This document shows positions 49,242 through 60,365 of a stretch of 64,000 nucleotides of DNA, in pieces. The stretch's first letter is position 1. Each line of letters begins with the position of its first letter. The notes under the pieces are model-generated. The model was given only the letters and a program-made list of their open reading frames with translations. It was not told the DNA's origin and made no database searches. A program made the translations under genes and the position numbers. This DNA is from Bilabrum cf. latius (Eukaryota), in contig OZ237738.1 of assembly GCA_965178125.1 (NCBI GenBank), forward strand, positions 434,001-498,000. Reading direction: 5' to 3'.

Positions 49242-52200
49242 TCATGATACGCCCGAAGCGCCCCCACCATGAGATTGCTTCTTGGCAGCCGCTGCTTGCT
49301 GCTGCTTCTTCTTTGCGAGCAGCTTCGCTGCCCCAGTCTGCCTTCGTCTCCCAGCACCCCCACCTCCAGTCCTGTACCGCGAACCCGACTGCCTCCCTGC
49401 GCGACCACCCGTGGACCAGGCAGACCCGCTCCCACTCGATGGAGCCGTGGTGTCAGCCGTACCAGCGCTCGACGGAGTGCGCGACGCTACTGTAGACGCA
49501 GCGGCATCCGACGAGTCTTCACGAACCCCTACCCGCTCACCGCCCGCCCCGACCCCCGCAGCACCCTGCTGAGACGGCGGCCTAGTTCCGGTCCTAGTTT
49601 TCCACTTGCCGGAACCCCCAGATCCCAGCACCGCAGTACCACCAGGGCTAGTACTACCACCACTCCTCGGACTACTCTGTGCCCCACCCAAGCGGGAGCC
49701 GGCATCGAGATCAACACCACCCCCCTGTAGCAAAGCTCGCATGGCGGCGTGGTCTCCTCTCACCGGTGCCCCCGCCTTTCCAGCCGCAGCACCGGCGCGC
49801 GATACCGGCAGCCGACTGGCAGCTCCCTCCGTCACAGCCCCGTGAGCATCCAGGCCAGGCGGCTTGCTGCCGGCCACTGCGCGCGGCCGGGCCCCATTCA
49901 TGTTCTGTCTAGACTTTGCGGACCGCAACAAAGCTAGAGTGCGCTTGGAAGGCCCCTTTGCCCTCGCTGAGCCCGCGCTGCCTTCGCCTTGGCCAGAGCC
50001 GCTGCCATCTCCACCACTGGGTGATGATGATGGCGTTGACGATGATGGCGTTGACGACGCTGATGATGATGGTGGCACCTGGGCGCTCGAGGCAACCTGT
50101 GAAGCGGCGGGCAAGGCGTTGCCCCCGCCGGTCCCCTTGCCTCCTTTACCCTTGGGCGTATGTGGCGGCGAGGCAGACTGCGGGGGCTGTGCCGCTGCGT
50201 CCGTGGACCCGCCAGCAGCTCCGTGCGCCTGCTTGCTTGCAGCCTTCATGGATGCGCCCCGCCCCGACCGTGCCCTCTGCAGCTCCTTGCGGCGGCGCCG
50301 CCTAGCCGACTGCGACTTGCTGGCCAACGCCCCCGCGCTCGCGGCCGAGACGCCCCTCCCTACCGTGATGGTGCGAGGTGCCACCCGGCTGGGAGCCACG
50401 AGAGCACGCACCTCACCTTGGCACGGGCGAAGCACCACCACAGCCCCTGTGGCGGCGTGCACTAGTACACTCTCCTGCCGCTAAAACTCCGCGGAGAGGG
50501 CCTGGGGCGACGCGCCTGGCCTGCTGGACAGGGGGGGAAGTGGGTTCACGAGACTGGACCACAGCGCGCTTGAGTCCGACGCACTCAGCGCGAGGACCTG
50601 CAGGTCGCTGCCCGCAGAAGCCGCGATACACACGGCGCTACCCCCGGCGATCCATTCCATGCTAGCCTCGCTCCAGCCGCCCCTGCGCTCAACGCGGGCT
50701 AGGGCGGATTTCGCGTGCCTGGCCTCATTGGTGCTGGGCGGGGCCGCGTCCTGCTGTCCTGAAGGCCTGCTGGCGAGCTCCACGAACGGGCCGACCGCAA
50801 CCGCCACCGCCTGGACCCCTGCCACGCCGGCGGTGGGCGACAGCTTCAGGGTTGCGACCAGTATGGCCGGAAAAGTCTCTCCGGTGGTGCTGCTCTTGCC
50901 CTTGATCGGACTGCCGATCATGTTCACGGCAATGCTTGCAGACCACGCAATCACAGCCGCGCTGCTCGCGGGGCTCGGCAACACGCCAAGGCACCGATGG
51001 AAGGAAATGTCTGACACCTCAAGGCCATCCGACTGTCCAGCCGCGAGATAACCGTGTGCCTGCGCGGCTCTGCTGGCAGCCTCCAATGCGGCCTTCTCGT
51101 ACGCAGAGCTAGGTAGCGGCCAAAGTTTAGAGGGCAGCGGCCTGCGGGCAGGCTTCGAGCTAGCCGCGGCAGCGCCCGCCGACTCGGTGCGAAGAAGCAG
51201 TGCGGCAGCTCCCGAGAAGGTGCTCGAAGACGTGCCAGGAGCCAGCTCGACAGGACCGGTGCAGGTACCCACCAGCACGCTGGGCCACGAGCTGGCGCCC
51301 GCACACGCTTCGGCAACGGCGGCAGCGTCTGCCCTTGCAACGACACTCTTAGGAACCGCCCCTCCTGCGTCCACCATCGCCTGTACTCGAAGTTGGAGCT
51401 TTGGTGGAGCCGCATCCGAGCCACCTTCACCGGTTGCAGCTTCCGGCTTCACGATGGCTGCCTTGCCACTGGGGAACACAACGACAAGGCCGGGCATACC
51501 GTCGGGAGAATACTTCTCTCCCAGGCTGTAGTCTGCGTTGAGCAAGCACATCGAAGGAGTGTAAGGCTCATCCTCGCCGTCGACTGGGATCGATATCGTG
51601 ATTCCAGAGGTGGCTCTCCACTCCTGAGCGCCTGCCTCGTCGGATGCAGCCGCATTCGGGGCCTTGGATCCCGTCGGCTGTGCCTTTGTGGGTGCAGCTA
51701 GCCACATGGCCAGCTGCATGGATGGTGCAACCGCAGTACCCGCATCTGACGGCCGCAGCAGCGCCCACACCGCGATACCTCCCCTCCCGACACTCTCTCC
51801 CAACTGTTCCATCGACACGCGGGCAGCAGCGGTACTCGCATCGATCACGGCCGCTACAGCCGCATGGGAAGGCAGTCCGGTGCCACCACTGCTGCCACCC
51901 TCAGTAGCCATCGACCGAGGTGCGGCCTCATCGTGAGGCAGCCTCAGATTGACCTGGGCCGCCCGCGCGTCACTGGTTGGGCTGGGTGCACCACTACCTG
52001 TTGACAGCAGCACCGATCGGGAGAATCTACGGAGAGTTAGAACGCTGGATGCAGGAGCGGGTGCCGACGACGCGGAAGAAGTAGAGACACGAGGAATCGT
52101 CTGTGCATGCGAAGCTGGGACCACCACGGCCATAGGCAAGCCCGGATGCAAGCACAAAGCCTTTCCAGCTCCTGCAGCATCCGCTTCAGCGCCATCCGAC

Positions 52201-53389
52201 CCGCTGACATCGTCCATGGAGTGCACAGGGGCCGGTTTCCAAGCGACCTCGTCGTTGCTGGCAATGGCCGCCACTGGGCGCAGCTGGCTTCCGGCACCAG
52301 CGCCAGCCTTTGCTTTGACCTGGGACCCAGCGGTTGTTGCAGGGGCATCGCTTTTGAAAGAAGACCCCTTGTCGATTTCCGATCCAAGCCTCGTTGTCTG
52401 CTGGTCTGTGACGGCGCTGCCCGCCCCGTCGCCTGCCGCACCCTCTGTCATGGGCTTGTTGGTCTTCGCCTTCTCAGGGGAGACTGCCTGTGCTTGCGGG
52501 GCGGCTTCAGGTGCGGCCAACTAATTGGGAACAGGGGGTGTTTCATTCTATTCGGCATTCTCGCCTTCCGCGCTGCTGCCAGGGTTGGCAGGGATGGATT
52601 GCCCAGTCGGGCCGGAGGCAGGTGCCCCATCAGCAGGGCCCGCGCCACCACCCGCACCGCTGCTTGGCCCGGTTTCTGCAGAACTTGGATTGGTTTCCTA
52701 TGCGGGGTCTCTGCGGCTGCCGTCTTTGCCGGTTTGAATCTCGCCGACTCCAGCGAGAAGCCGAACCAAGCGCTCCAAGGCCGCTGCCTCAACTCCAAAG
52801 CTTGCACTTTGCAGTGCCCTGTGCGCCGAGACGAACGTGCGCTTCAGCGAAGCGTTTGGATACGGTCGTTCACGCGATTCCTGTGGATCTGATGCCAGCG
52901 CAACGATTCGAGAGCCAGCAACGCTTGCAGCTTCGACAAGCAGCTTCGTGAGGCGTTCTAGAGACTGCGATCATTTCAGAGGTGCAAGAAGGCTACCATG
53001 CAGAATCTGACCCCAATTTAACACACCAGTAGGGACATTTACTATGTCATGCTTACGTTGACCTTTGCCGATTCAGATCGGAGCTTCGCCTCGATGACAG
53101 CCGTTTCAGCTTTCGCTGCAGCGGCCTTGTGCTCAGCATGGTGCAGATCTGAGGCAGACGCCAGTTCAGAAGCCTTAGCAGATAATGCAATCAGCATGGG
53201 AGTGATAGGAAGCGAAGAAGATGTAGCTTGAGCGGAGACTGCGCCTCCAGCCGCGGATCCATCGGCGTCCGATGACAAATCAGACAGAAGTCTATCCAAA
53301 ACCGAACTAGATCTTGAGTGGCGCCGAGTCCCAGTACTATGACTATCAAGTTCTTGCGCAAATCCTTCTCTGGAACCTTTGGACGACAT
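49242..53389 (-). CDS. Ala/Gly/Ser-rich protein of unknown function (~1,351 aa), 2 exons (53389-53057, 52964-49242)
   Basis: ORF fragments 49242 and 50481 share a frame joined by TAG, and the frame extends to 52964. A GT-AG intron links it to an exon starting MSSKGSREGF. No family recognised. Confidence 0.65.
52965..53056 (-). other. Spliceosomal intron (92 nt, phase 0)
   Basis: GTAAGC...ATCGCAG, AT-rich, reconciles the two frames (SAKVN|SLERLTK). Confidence 0.72.
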
Positions 53390-53543
53390 GGTGAATGCTG
53401 CACGAGTGTTTCTAATTGTGCAGTTGTCGAATGTAACGAGCCAATCTCGTTTAAAAACCGCACGAAACGGACGTGAGTCAGCGCTCAGCTCCTGGATGCA
53501 GCCTTGCAGCACCGAGATCGGCACAAATCAAAAAGAACATTGC

Positions 53544-54926
53544 ATGGGCTGCGGGAGCAGTCGCGTTGGGCTTCGAGACGCGTTCAGCGGAGTAGAGCAG
53601 GAGGAATTGCTTCTGAAGTATGGAGAGCTGCAGCATTCCCTACATTTGGAGGACAAAGAGATGCTTGACATGTACAAAATATTTGCTATGTTTGATGACA
53701 ATCGGACAGGCGTGCTCTGCTAGTCGGACTGGCTTGCGCTCTTCGACTTGGAGCGGTCTCCGCTGACCGAGAGACTTTTTCGCATGTTTGCTGGTGGTGC
53801 CGAGGATGGCGTCAGCTTCAAGTACTACCTGTTTAGCACTTGGACGTTTTGCACCCAAAACACTGCATCGTTGACTTCGTTTGCGTTTCAGATGTATGAT
53901 AGCCGCAACAGGGGTATTCTTGGGGCGGCCGACGTCATGGCAATGATGAAGGATCTGTTCGGCGTGCAGTATGAGGACAACCCCATCGCCCAGCAGATCA
54001 TGCGGAAGTTGCTAGATAAGAATGTTAAAGGCGAGCGAACCACAGGAGGGGTGACCCAGGCGATGTTTGCTCAGCTTGCTAGCTCTGCCAAGAATCTTCT
54101 GTACCGGCCGTTCCAGGTGTAGCACCACATGCAGGACCAGGTGCTAGGCAGGGCGTTCTGGGCAAAGAAAGCCAGGTAGAGGTATGACATGCAGGCAGAC
54201 GGCAGGTTTGACCTGAGCGCAGTCGTTGAAATCATGAATCGCGGCAAGGCAAAGTCCCGGCACCTGACCGTTCTGCAAGGCGTGGTCGTTCCACTCCGGA
54301 CGGCTGCCGGGACGCAGGAATCCGAAGCAGAGGCGCAGCAAGCAGCTCGCCAGAAAAATTTCATGCTACAAATGGATGAGGACAGCAGAGAAATGGTGAA
54401 GAAGGCCTCCTCGGCGAAGATGAGGCAGAGTCCGGCGAGGCGCTCGCCCCACCGATCGGCCAGCAGCCAGGCTCCGTACGACAGCTAGCACGAAGGAACT
54501 CTCCAGACCGGGAGCAACCTTAGACCAGCAAAAGTGCCGGCACATCCGAGCAGTGCAGGGTGGAGCGCGGTCGTGGGCGGCAGCTCGGACTCGACGATGC
54601 GCTCGTCCCTGGGTGGCGGCGGCCAGGCGCTCCCCAGCGGGGTGGCCATGCCGAGGTCCATGTCGATGCAAGTCGGACGCCATGCCAGGACCGCCGCTGG
54701 TCACGCCGACCTCGAGTAGAAGATATCTGCAGGTCTCCCGCGCTCTGCATCGAGCTCCTTCACGGAACGTCTTCTCGCGTCGCCAGGAAGGGGAGCAGGG
54801 GCAGGGGCAGGAGCAGGCAGGCACGTCTCTGCAGCCGCCCGAGAGAGGATGGACCGTAACCCGGCCACTAAAGTGAATCACAGAGCTTCCGCCATGCGGA
54901 GAGCCCAGCAAGGATTCCGAGGATGA
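53544..54926 (+). CDS. Calcineurin-B/CHP-like EF-hand calcium-binding protein with MGCGSS N-acylation motif and disordered tail, 460 aa
   Basis: MGCGSSR (myristoylation/palmitoylation-type N-terminus); EF loops FDDNRTGVLC and FAFQMYDSRNRGIL; LLYRPFQV(TAG 54120)HHMQDQVLGRAFW resembles the P.F.LQ....LG..FW tail of this group. Five in-frame TAG; TGA 54924-54926. Confidence 0.75.
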
Positions 54927-54974
54927 TGAACATAGGAAAGTACAGCAGCGCAATCCACGTGGATTCGATCTACT

Positions 54975-55515
54975 CAAATCGAAACTCAGTCCCTCCCGGC
55001 TCCAAGGCCAGCCTCTACCTCCATGCCCACGATTGCCCCTGCAAATCGAAACTCAGTCCCTCCCGGCTCCAAGGCCAGCCTCTACCTCCATGCCCACGAT
55101 TGCCCCTGCAAATCGAAGCTCAGTCCCTCCCGGCTCCAAGGCCAGCCTCTACCTCCATGCCCACGATTGCCCCTGCAAATCGAAGCTCAGTCCCTCCCGG
55201 CTCCAAGGCCAGCCTCTACCTCCATGCCCACGATTGCCCCTGCAAATCGAAGCTCAGTCCCTCCCGGCTCCAAGGCCAGCCTCTACCTCCATGCCCACGA
55301 TTGCCCCTGCAAATCGAAGCTCAGTCCCTCCCGGCTCCAAGGCCAGCCTCTACCTCCATGCCCACGATTGCCCCTGCAAATCGAAACTCAGTCCCTCCCG
55401 GCTCCAAGGCCAGCCTCTACCTCCATGCCCACGATTGCCCCTGCAAATCGAAGCTCAGTCCCTCCCGGCTCCAAGGCCAGCCTCTACCTCCATGCCCACG
55501 ATTGCCCCTGCAAAT
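54975..55515. repeat. Tandem repeat: 8 head-to-tail copies of a 67-bp unit plus 5-nt partial (CAAAT)
   Basis: Unit CAAATCGAA[A/G]CTCAGTCCCTCCCGGCTCCAAGGCCAGCCTCTACCTCCATGCCCACGATTGCCCCTG starts at 54975, 55042, 55109, 55176, 55243, 55310, 55377 and 55444. Only one site varies (A,A,G,G,G,G,A,G). Confidence 0.97.
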
Positions 55516-57317
55516 GCTGCAATCGAGTCGGACACCTTGGTTTGAATCGCGCCTCGCAACTTGTCAAGCACACCACTGGCAGCGACCACGTCGTCCGCTG
55601 CGTATCCTTCCGCAAGCATGGCCTGCCTCAGCTTGCCTGATGCCGCAGCCTCGTGGGCCGCGCGATCCAGGCCGCTGAGATAGTCCTCCAGGGCACTCAG
55701 CACCATCTCCGCGGGTGCAATCTGCAGGCAGTGCCTCAGCTCGTTGTAATCGTCCACGAACCGGGACAAAGAGGCGCCGAGCGGGGCAAACCAGAGGTGC
55801 TCCACGGGAATCTCAAGCGGTGCGCGGCTCTTGGAAGAGGAGGGGCCCAGGGACGTAGCGTCGTTCAATGCAGTTGCTGTGCCGTTGCTGCCGCTACCGC
55901 TGCCGCCAGGGGCCGGGGCATCTCCTAGCCCGGCCCCCGGGACCGCTGGCCCTTCATCATTCCCTTGTTCCCCGAGTCCTTGTTCCCTGTGCGCCCTCCC
56001 CTCCCTCAGCAGCGCATCAGTGACCCAGCGGGCGCTCCCCACCCGCGCCTGGAACACCGCCAGGGCACTCTGCACGGCCTCTGCGAGCAGCTGCCCCGCG
56101 CGGCTGGAACACGCTTGCACGACGGCAGCAGCGGCGTCCGCGTGCCCGCACGTCCCACCGAGAAAGTTTGCGTCCGACACACACTGCCCATGGAGCACTG
56201 CAAGCCCTTGCGAATCCCCCGGCTGAATCTGCTGGACGAATCGCAGCACAGATCTCACCGTGCCGTCCAGCACGCTGTGTGTCCAGCCCAAGAGAGCTCT
56301 GGACGCAAATGCAGCGGTGGTGGCAGATGATGCTGATGCTGATGAGGATGAGGATGAGGATGAGGATGAGGATGATGAGGGCCTCCCGCTCGCCTCCGCT
56401 GTCCACGCCCCCCCCTCGCCGTCTGTGCCAGTGCGGTGCCGGCTGCGACCCGGGCCGGAAAACAGCGCGTGGATGAGCGTGGCCGCGCCCTGGCACCCTG
56501 TTCTGGCTGCTTCCAAGCGGGCCATGGCGCTGGCGTGTGGGGAGCCGGCGCGGGAGGAGGACGACCTGGCCTCCAGCTGCACCGCGCGATCGCGACCGTC
56601 CAGGACATCCAGCACGAGATTCTCGTCGTGCGAATCGCTGGGCTGTGTACCGCACGCTCGAGCCCATGCAGGAAGGCTGCGCCTGCGGACGAGCCGCTCG
56701 TGGCCGTGGCTCGCACGCCTGGCGTCAGCATGGTACAGCATTCGAAGCAGACCAAGAGCCCTGGCGGCCGCCGCTACATGAAGGCCGGGGCGGGCAAGCT
56801 CTTCCAATAACTTGGATTGGAGCAAAGAGACGGAAGGGCACACTGAGCCTCGGAGGCGCTTGAGCGCGGCGCAGCTCTAGGTTTCGCAAGAGGCCACTGC
56901 TCCATCCAGCTTTGAAAGGAGCTGAACGACAAACCTGCCGTTCTTTGAACCCGATAGCGCGGCTACATAGGCTGCACGAGGTGCAGAGGCCAGCGCGGTG
57001 GCTTCTAGCGTCTTGGATTCGGCGCTGCGCAGACCGGTTTGCAGAGCTGACGACCGCTGAGCCGCTGCCTCTGCGGAGCTGGCAGCCTTCTCGATTCGAC
57101 CAAGCGTAGATTGCAGTAATCTAACCTTAGATCCCATCGAGCGGGCCGCGAACGCCACCTCAAGGCCAGCATCATGGCCCTCTAAGTGTTCTGAAAAATG
57201 ATCGAGTTGCCCCTGCTCCTATGACGACCGAATCCGGCGGAGCTCAGCGGCCGTACCCCAAGGAAGGGTCTCCAGTTGCTGTATAGACGTTGGAACCGTA
57301 TTTGTTCCTGTATCCAT
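55455..57317 (-). CDS. COG8: Divergent COG8/Dor1-like Golgi tethering subunit, ~620 aa
   Basis: LLQSKLLEELARP.L..AAARALGLLRML, LLGWTHSVL, LAVLHGQCV and PVEHLWFAPLGASLSRFVDDYNELRHC resemble successive COG8 blocks as I recall them. Two in-frame TAG (57219, 56877); TGA inside the last repeat copy. Start uncertain because upstream ATGs exist. Confidence 0.6.
56326..56379. repeat. (GATGAG/GATGCT)n coding microsatellite, poly-Ser in the COG8-like gene
   Basis: Direct short tandem repeat. Confidence 0.85.
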
Positions 57318-57428
57318 GGCGATAAACTCGGCTAAGTGAGTAAACAGATGGCTGAATACGGAACGTTCGCAGCTCATAGAAGCCATCGTTTCGTGCTTCA
57401 TTTCGTTACTCGAAGCCTAGAACGAACC

Positions 57429-59585
57429 ATGAGACTCGCTGTGATTACCTTATACATTCTTAATGTACTGGTGATGAACGTCGGTTCCGAGTCTGACTCT
57501 GGCTTCCGTGCGATCGGCGCTGCAATCCAAGCCAGAATTTTACGAAACGACCGCACTAGCGAGGCATACAGGCTTGTGTCCGACCCCGAGCATGCGGTTC
57601 GGTCTGTTGAAAAGAGCATATCGACTGTATCTCAGATGTGGGCCGCAGTGGTAGGCGCAGATGTCGAATCAGGTTCCGCTACGGCCTCTCGCCGGGCGCC
57701 TGCAGCCACATCAGAGCTCGTGAAAGGTCTACTGGCAGCCAGCCAACGAGTTGGCCCTCGGCTGCTGCAAACAAACGCCACAAATAATGCGTCCGGGGCG
57801 ACGGCTAGCCCAGAGTGCGCACCGTACGCCATTGAGACTGTCAGCCAGGTGAACGAGGATGTGTGCAACGGGCTCCAAGTAACTCCGCAGGTGCGGCAGC
57901 TGCTCGTAGCAATTGATTCTGCGGGAACCAACGGCACAATCGCCAGACTGGCGCTCCAAGCGCTCGAGGCAGTGCTGGACGAGGAGGCACTGGAAGCGCT
58001 CATCCCGGATAATTTCGCCGTCCCGGCAGCCCTCAACCTCAGCCAGCTGCTCACGCCCGAGCAGCAGGCCGCGGTTCTCGAAGCCAACAACGTATCGTCC
58101 CTGGATGACATCCGGACCATTCGCTAGCTGTTTGCTCCCAACGGAACGGTCGTCCCCGCCGCGCAGGTGCTCGATGCTCTGTCCATCGACGATTTGGAGG
58201 ACTTGGTCGCAAGCATCGAGTGCACGACGGTGAGCAGACGGGCACCTGCGTGCGCGTGCCCCCTGGACTTTGATGGGCCCGAGTGCTTGCTGCCGAGGGC
58301 GTACCAGTGCGACGTAGAGCTGGTCCCGACGGAGGCGGAGGCGGCTTGCCTGGCGGCGGGTGGGGACTCGGCCGCCATCCGAAGGCTGGGGTATGACCCG
58401 GCTACTGACGGGCAGCCGCCGTGCAGGTTCGTGCAGAAGGAGGGCGAGCCGTCCTCCTATCAGCTGCGGCTGCGCGTCGCGTGCGCCTTCGCGCCCATCG
58501 CGGCGCCGCGCTTTCACCGCTGCAACGGAACCTCCATGGACCCCCAGTTCTACGCCCAGGGAGGCATGGCCGCCCCGTGGGACGGAGATACCGCACCGGG
58601 GGGTCCCGATGGCCCGGCGCACCTGGCTCGTCGCACAGAGGAGATCTACTCCGGCAACATGTCCTCCTGCGCAGAGGCCTCATTCGCGTACGCAGTGGGC
58701 GGCGGGAGCCTGTCGCTGTCTTTGACGCACGACCCAAGGTTGCTGCTGCACGTCAGGCCTCTAAACTTTGACAGGATGTCCGACCACCGCCTGGATGCGG
58801 CGCTGCCCCTGACCCAAGGGAGTCCCAGCTCGGGAGCCGGCTCATCTGCCTTGGAGCCTGGAGACCAGCCACCACCACATTCTCACGCGCTGGCAGACGG
58901 CACCGACCCCGGGCAGGCAGGGGTCCCCGGCCCGTGGCAGAGGAACGAGACGTCGTCAGGGATCCAGTCGCCCGGTCTCCGCTCGTGGACCATGAGGGGG
59001 TCCATCGCATCCCTGCTCGAGGCAGTCGTTGAGTTGGACGTGGGGGCGACCTCGATGGGACGGTGGGCGGGAGGGTTCTGGCCCGCGGGCAGGCTGTGGG
59101 TGGAGTCGTACGTAGGACGGTGTCGAGCGGACAGCAACGGCACCGGTGGGGTCCTGGGTCCAGAGGCGTGCGGGCTGCCAGTGGCGGGGCGCGCTTGGCC
59201 CTCAACGCGAATCAACGCCACGAGCGGGGAGCTGCTCTACGAAGCGCGGGCGCTCTGGGTGGGCCCTTCCCGGGTGGTGCGGCTGCCGCTGGACGAGGAC
59301 GGGTACGAGGCTCCCCCGTATAGGGCGGAGCTAAACGTCCCGCTTCTTCTTGGGCTCCTGATCCCTTCGGTGCTTCTGCTGGTGGCGGGCGCGGCGTACT
59401 ACTGGAGGTACAGCCAGGCCAGGAAAGTGGAGGAGAAGAGAGCGACCACAGATACCACAAAGCTGACCCCGGAGGAGAGGGAGGCGCTTGGAAGCCTCGC
59501 GGGGCTGGAGGAGGAGCCGCTGGTGCTGCCCAGGGTGGCTGCTGGTAGTGCAGAGGTGGCGGCGGATCGGCCGCGCGTGGGCTGA
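57429..59585 (+). CDS. Type I single-pass membrane glycoprotein with Cys-rich/EGF-like segment, 718 aa, unknown function
   Basis: Signal-like MRLAVITLYILNVLVMNVGS; CACPLDFDGPEC; several N-x-S/T sites; TM VPLLLGLLIPSVLLLVAGAAYYW followed by basic residues. One in-frame TAG (58125); TGA stop. Confidence 0.72.
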
Positions 59586-60365
59586 GCGATTCGCGCGTTG
59601 TGCTTGTCGCTTGGACCGCAAAACTTTCTAGGTACTTTGAACATTAAATATAAATCACTCATCTAGCGTCCCGCCTCTTTCGCGTGGGCCGCTTCTTACC
59701 ATGCCAACCAAACTGTTCGTTCACATTCCCGTGCCATCTCGCGGGCTTTCTGACCCGTGCTAGTCAGTGAGACTGTCTGTATGCAGCGCAGTCTTCACCA
59801 GGACTTGCTGAAAATGGAGCCTACTCTCAACGAAGATCCCTCCATCTCGGTCTCTGGGGAAGAGCTTTCTACGGTCCATGTGAACTCGGTCGGCTCAACG
59901 ACGTCGATGCTCTCAACCTCATTCGAATCTCCGGAAGTCAGAACCATCATTCCAGCACCGAACGTCTGGTTGTTAGTATAGTGTCCCATTGGTACTACGA
60001 TGCAAAGTCCATAGATCAGGGAAATTAAAGCCACTTTCGCGAGTTAAGCGGCAGTTGCACTTCGCGCGCCACAGGTGTTAAGTTTCTTATTTATTTATTG
60101 TATCAGCCATGGTGGAAGAACTCACGGTACGAGCTGCCATGCAGCAGGGTTGCACTCCCTCTCAATGAAACGAAAGAAATCATAGCAATTACAGCACACA
60201 CCAGTCGCATCATTCTTTGTTTGGCTCAGTTGCTTTGATACAGAATGGTCTGGCGAGTCTCCGATCTCGCGCCAAACCGCGGTGCACAGTGTGACGAGGG
60301 GCTATTCGGAGCGGAAAACAGAGGAACCGGTGGGGACGTGTGGACGCAGTTGCTCTATCCCTTCG

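Noticed and set aside
54975-55515. CRISPR array, or the + strand repeat ORFs 54923-55678, 55023-55640 and 55033-55545
   Set aside because: Copies are contiguous with no unique spacers and no cas genes are present. The ORFs arise only because the unit lacks + strand stops.
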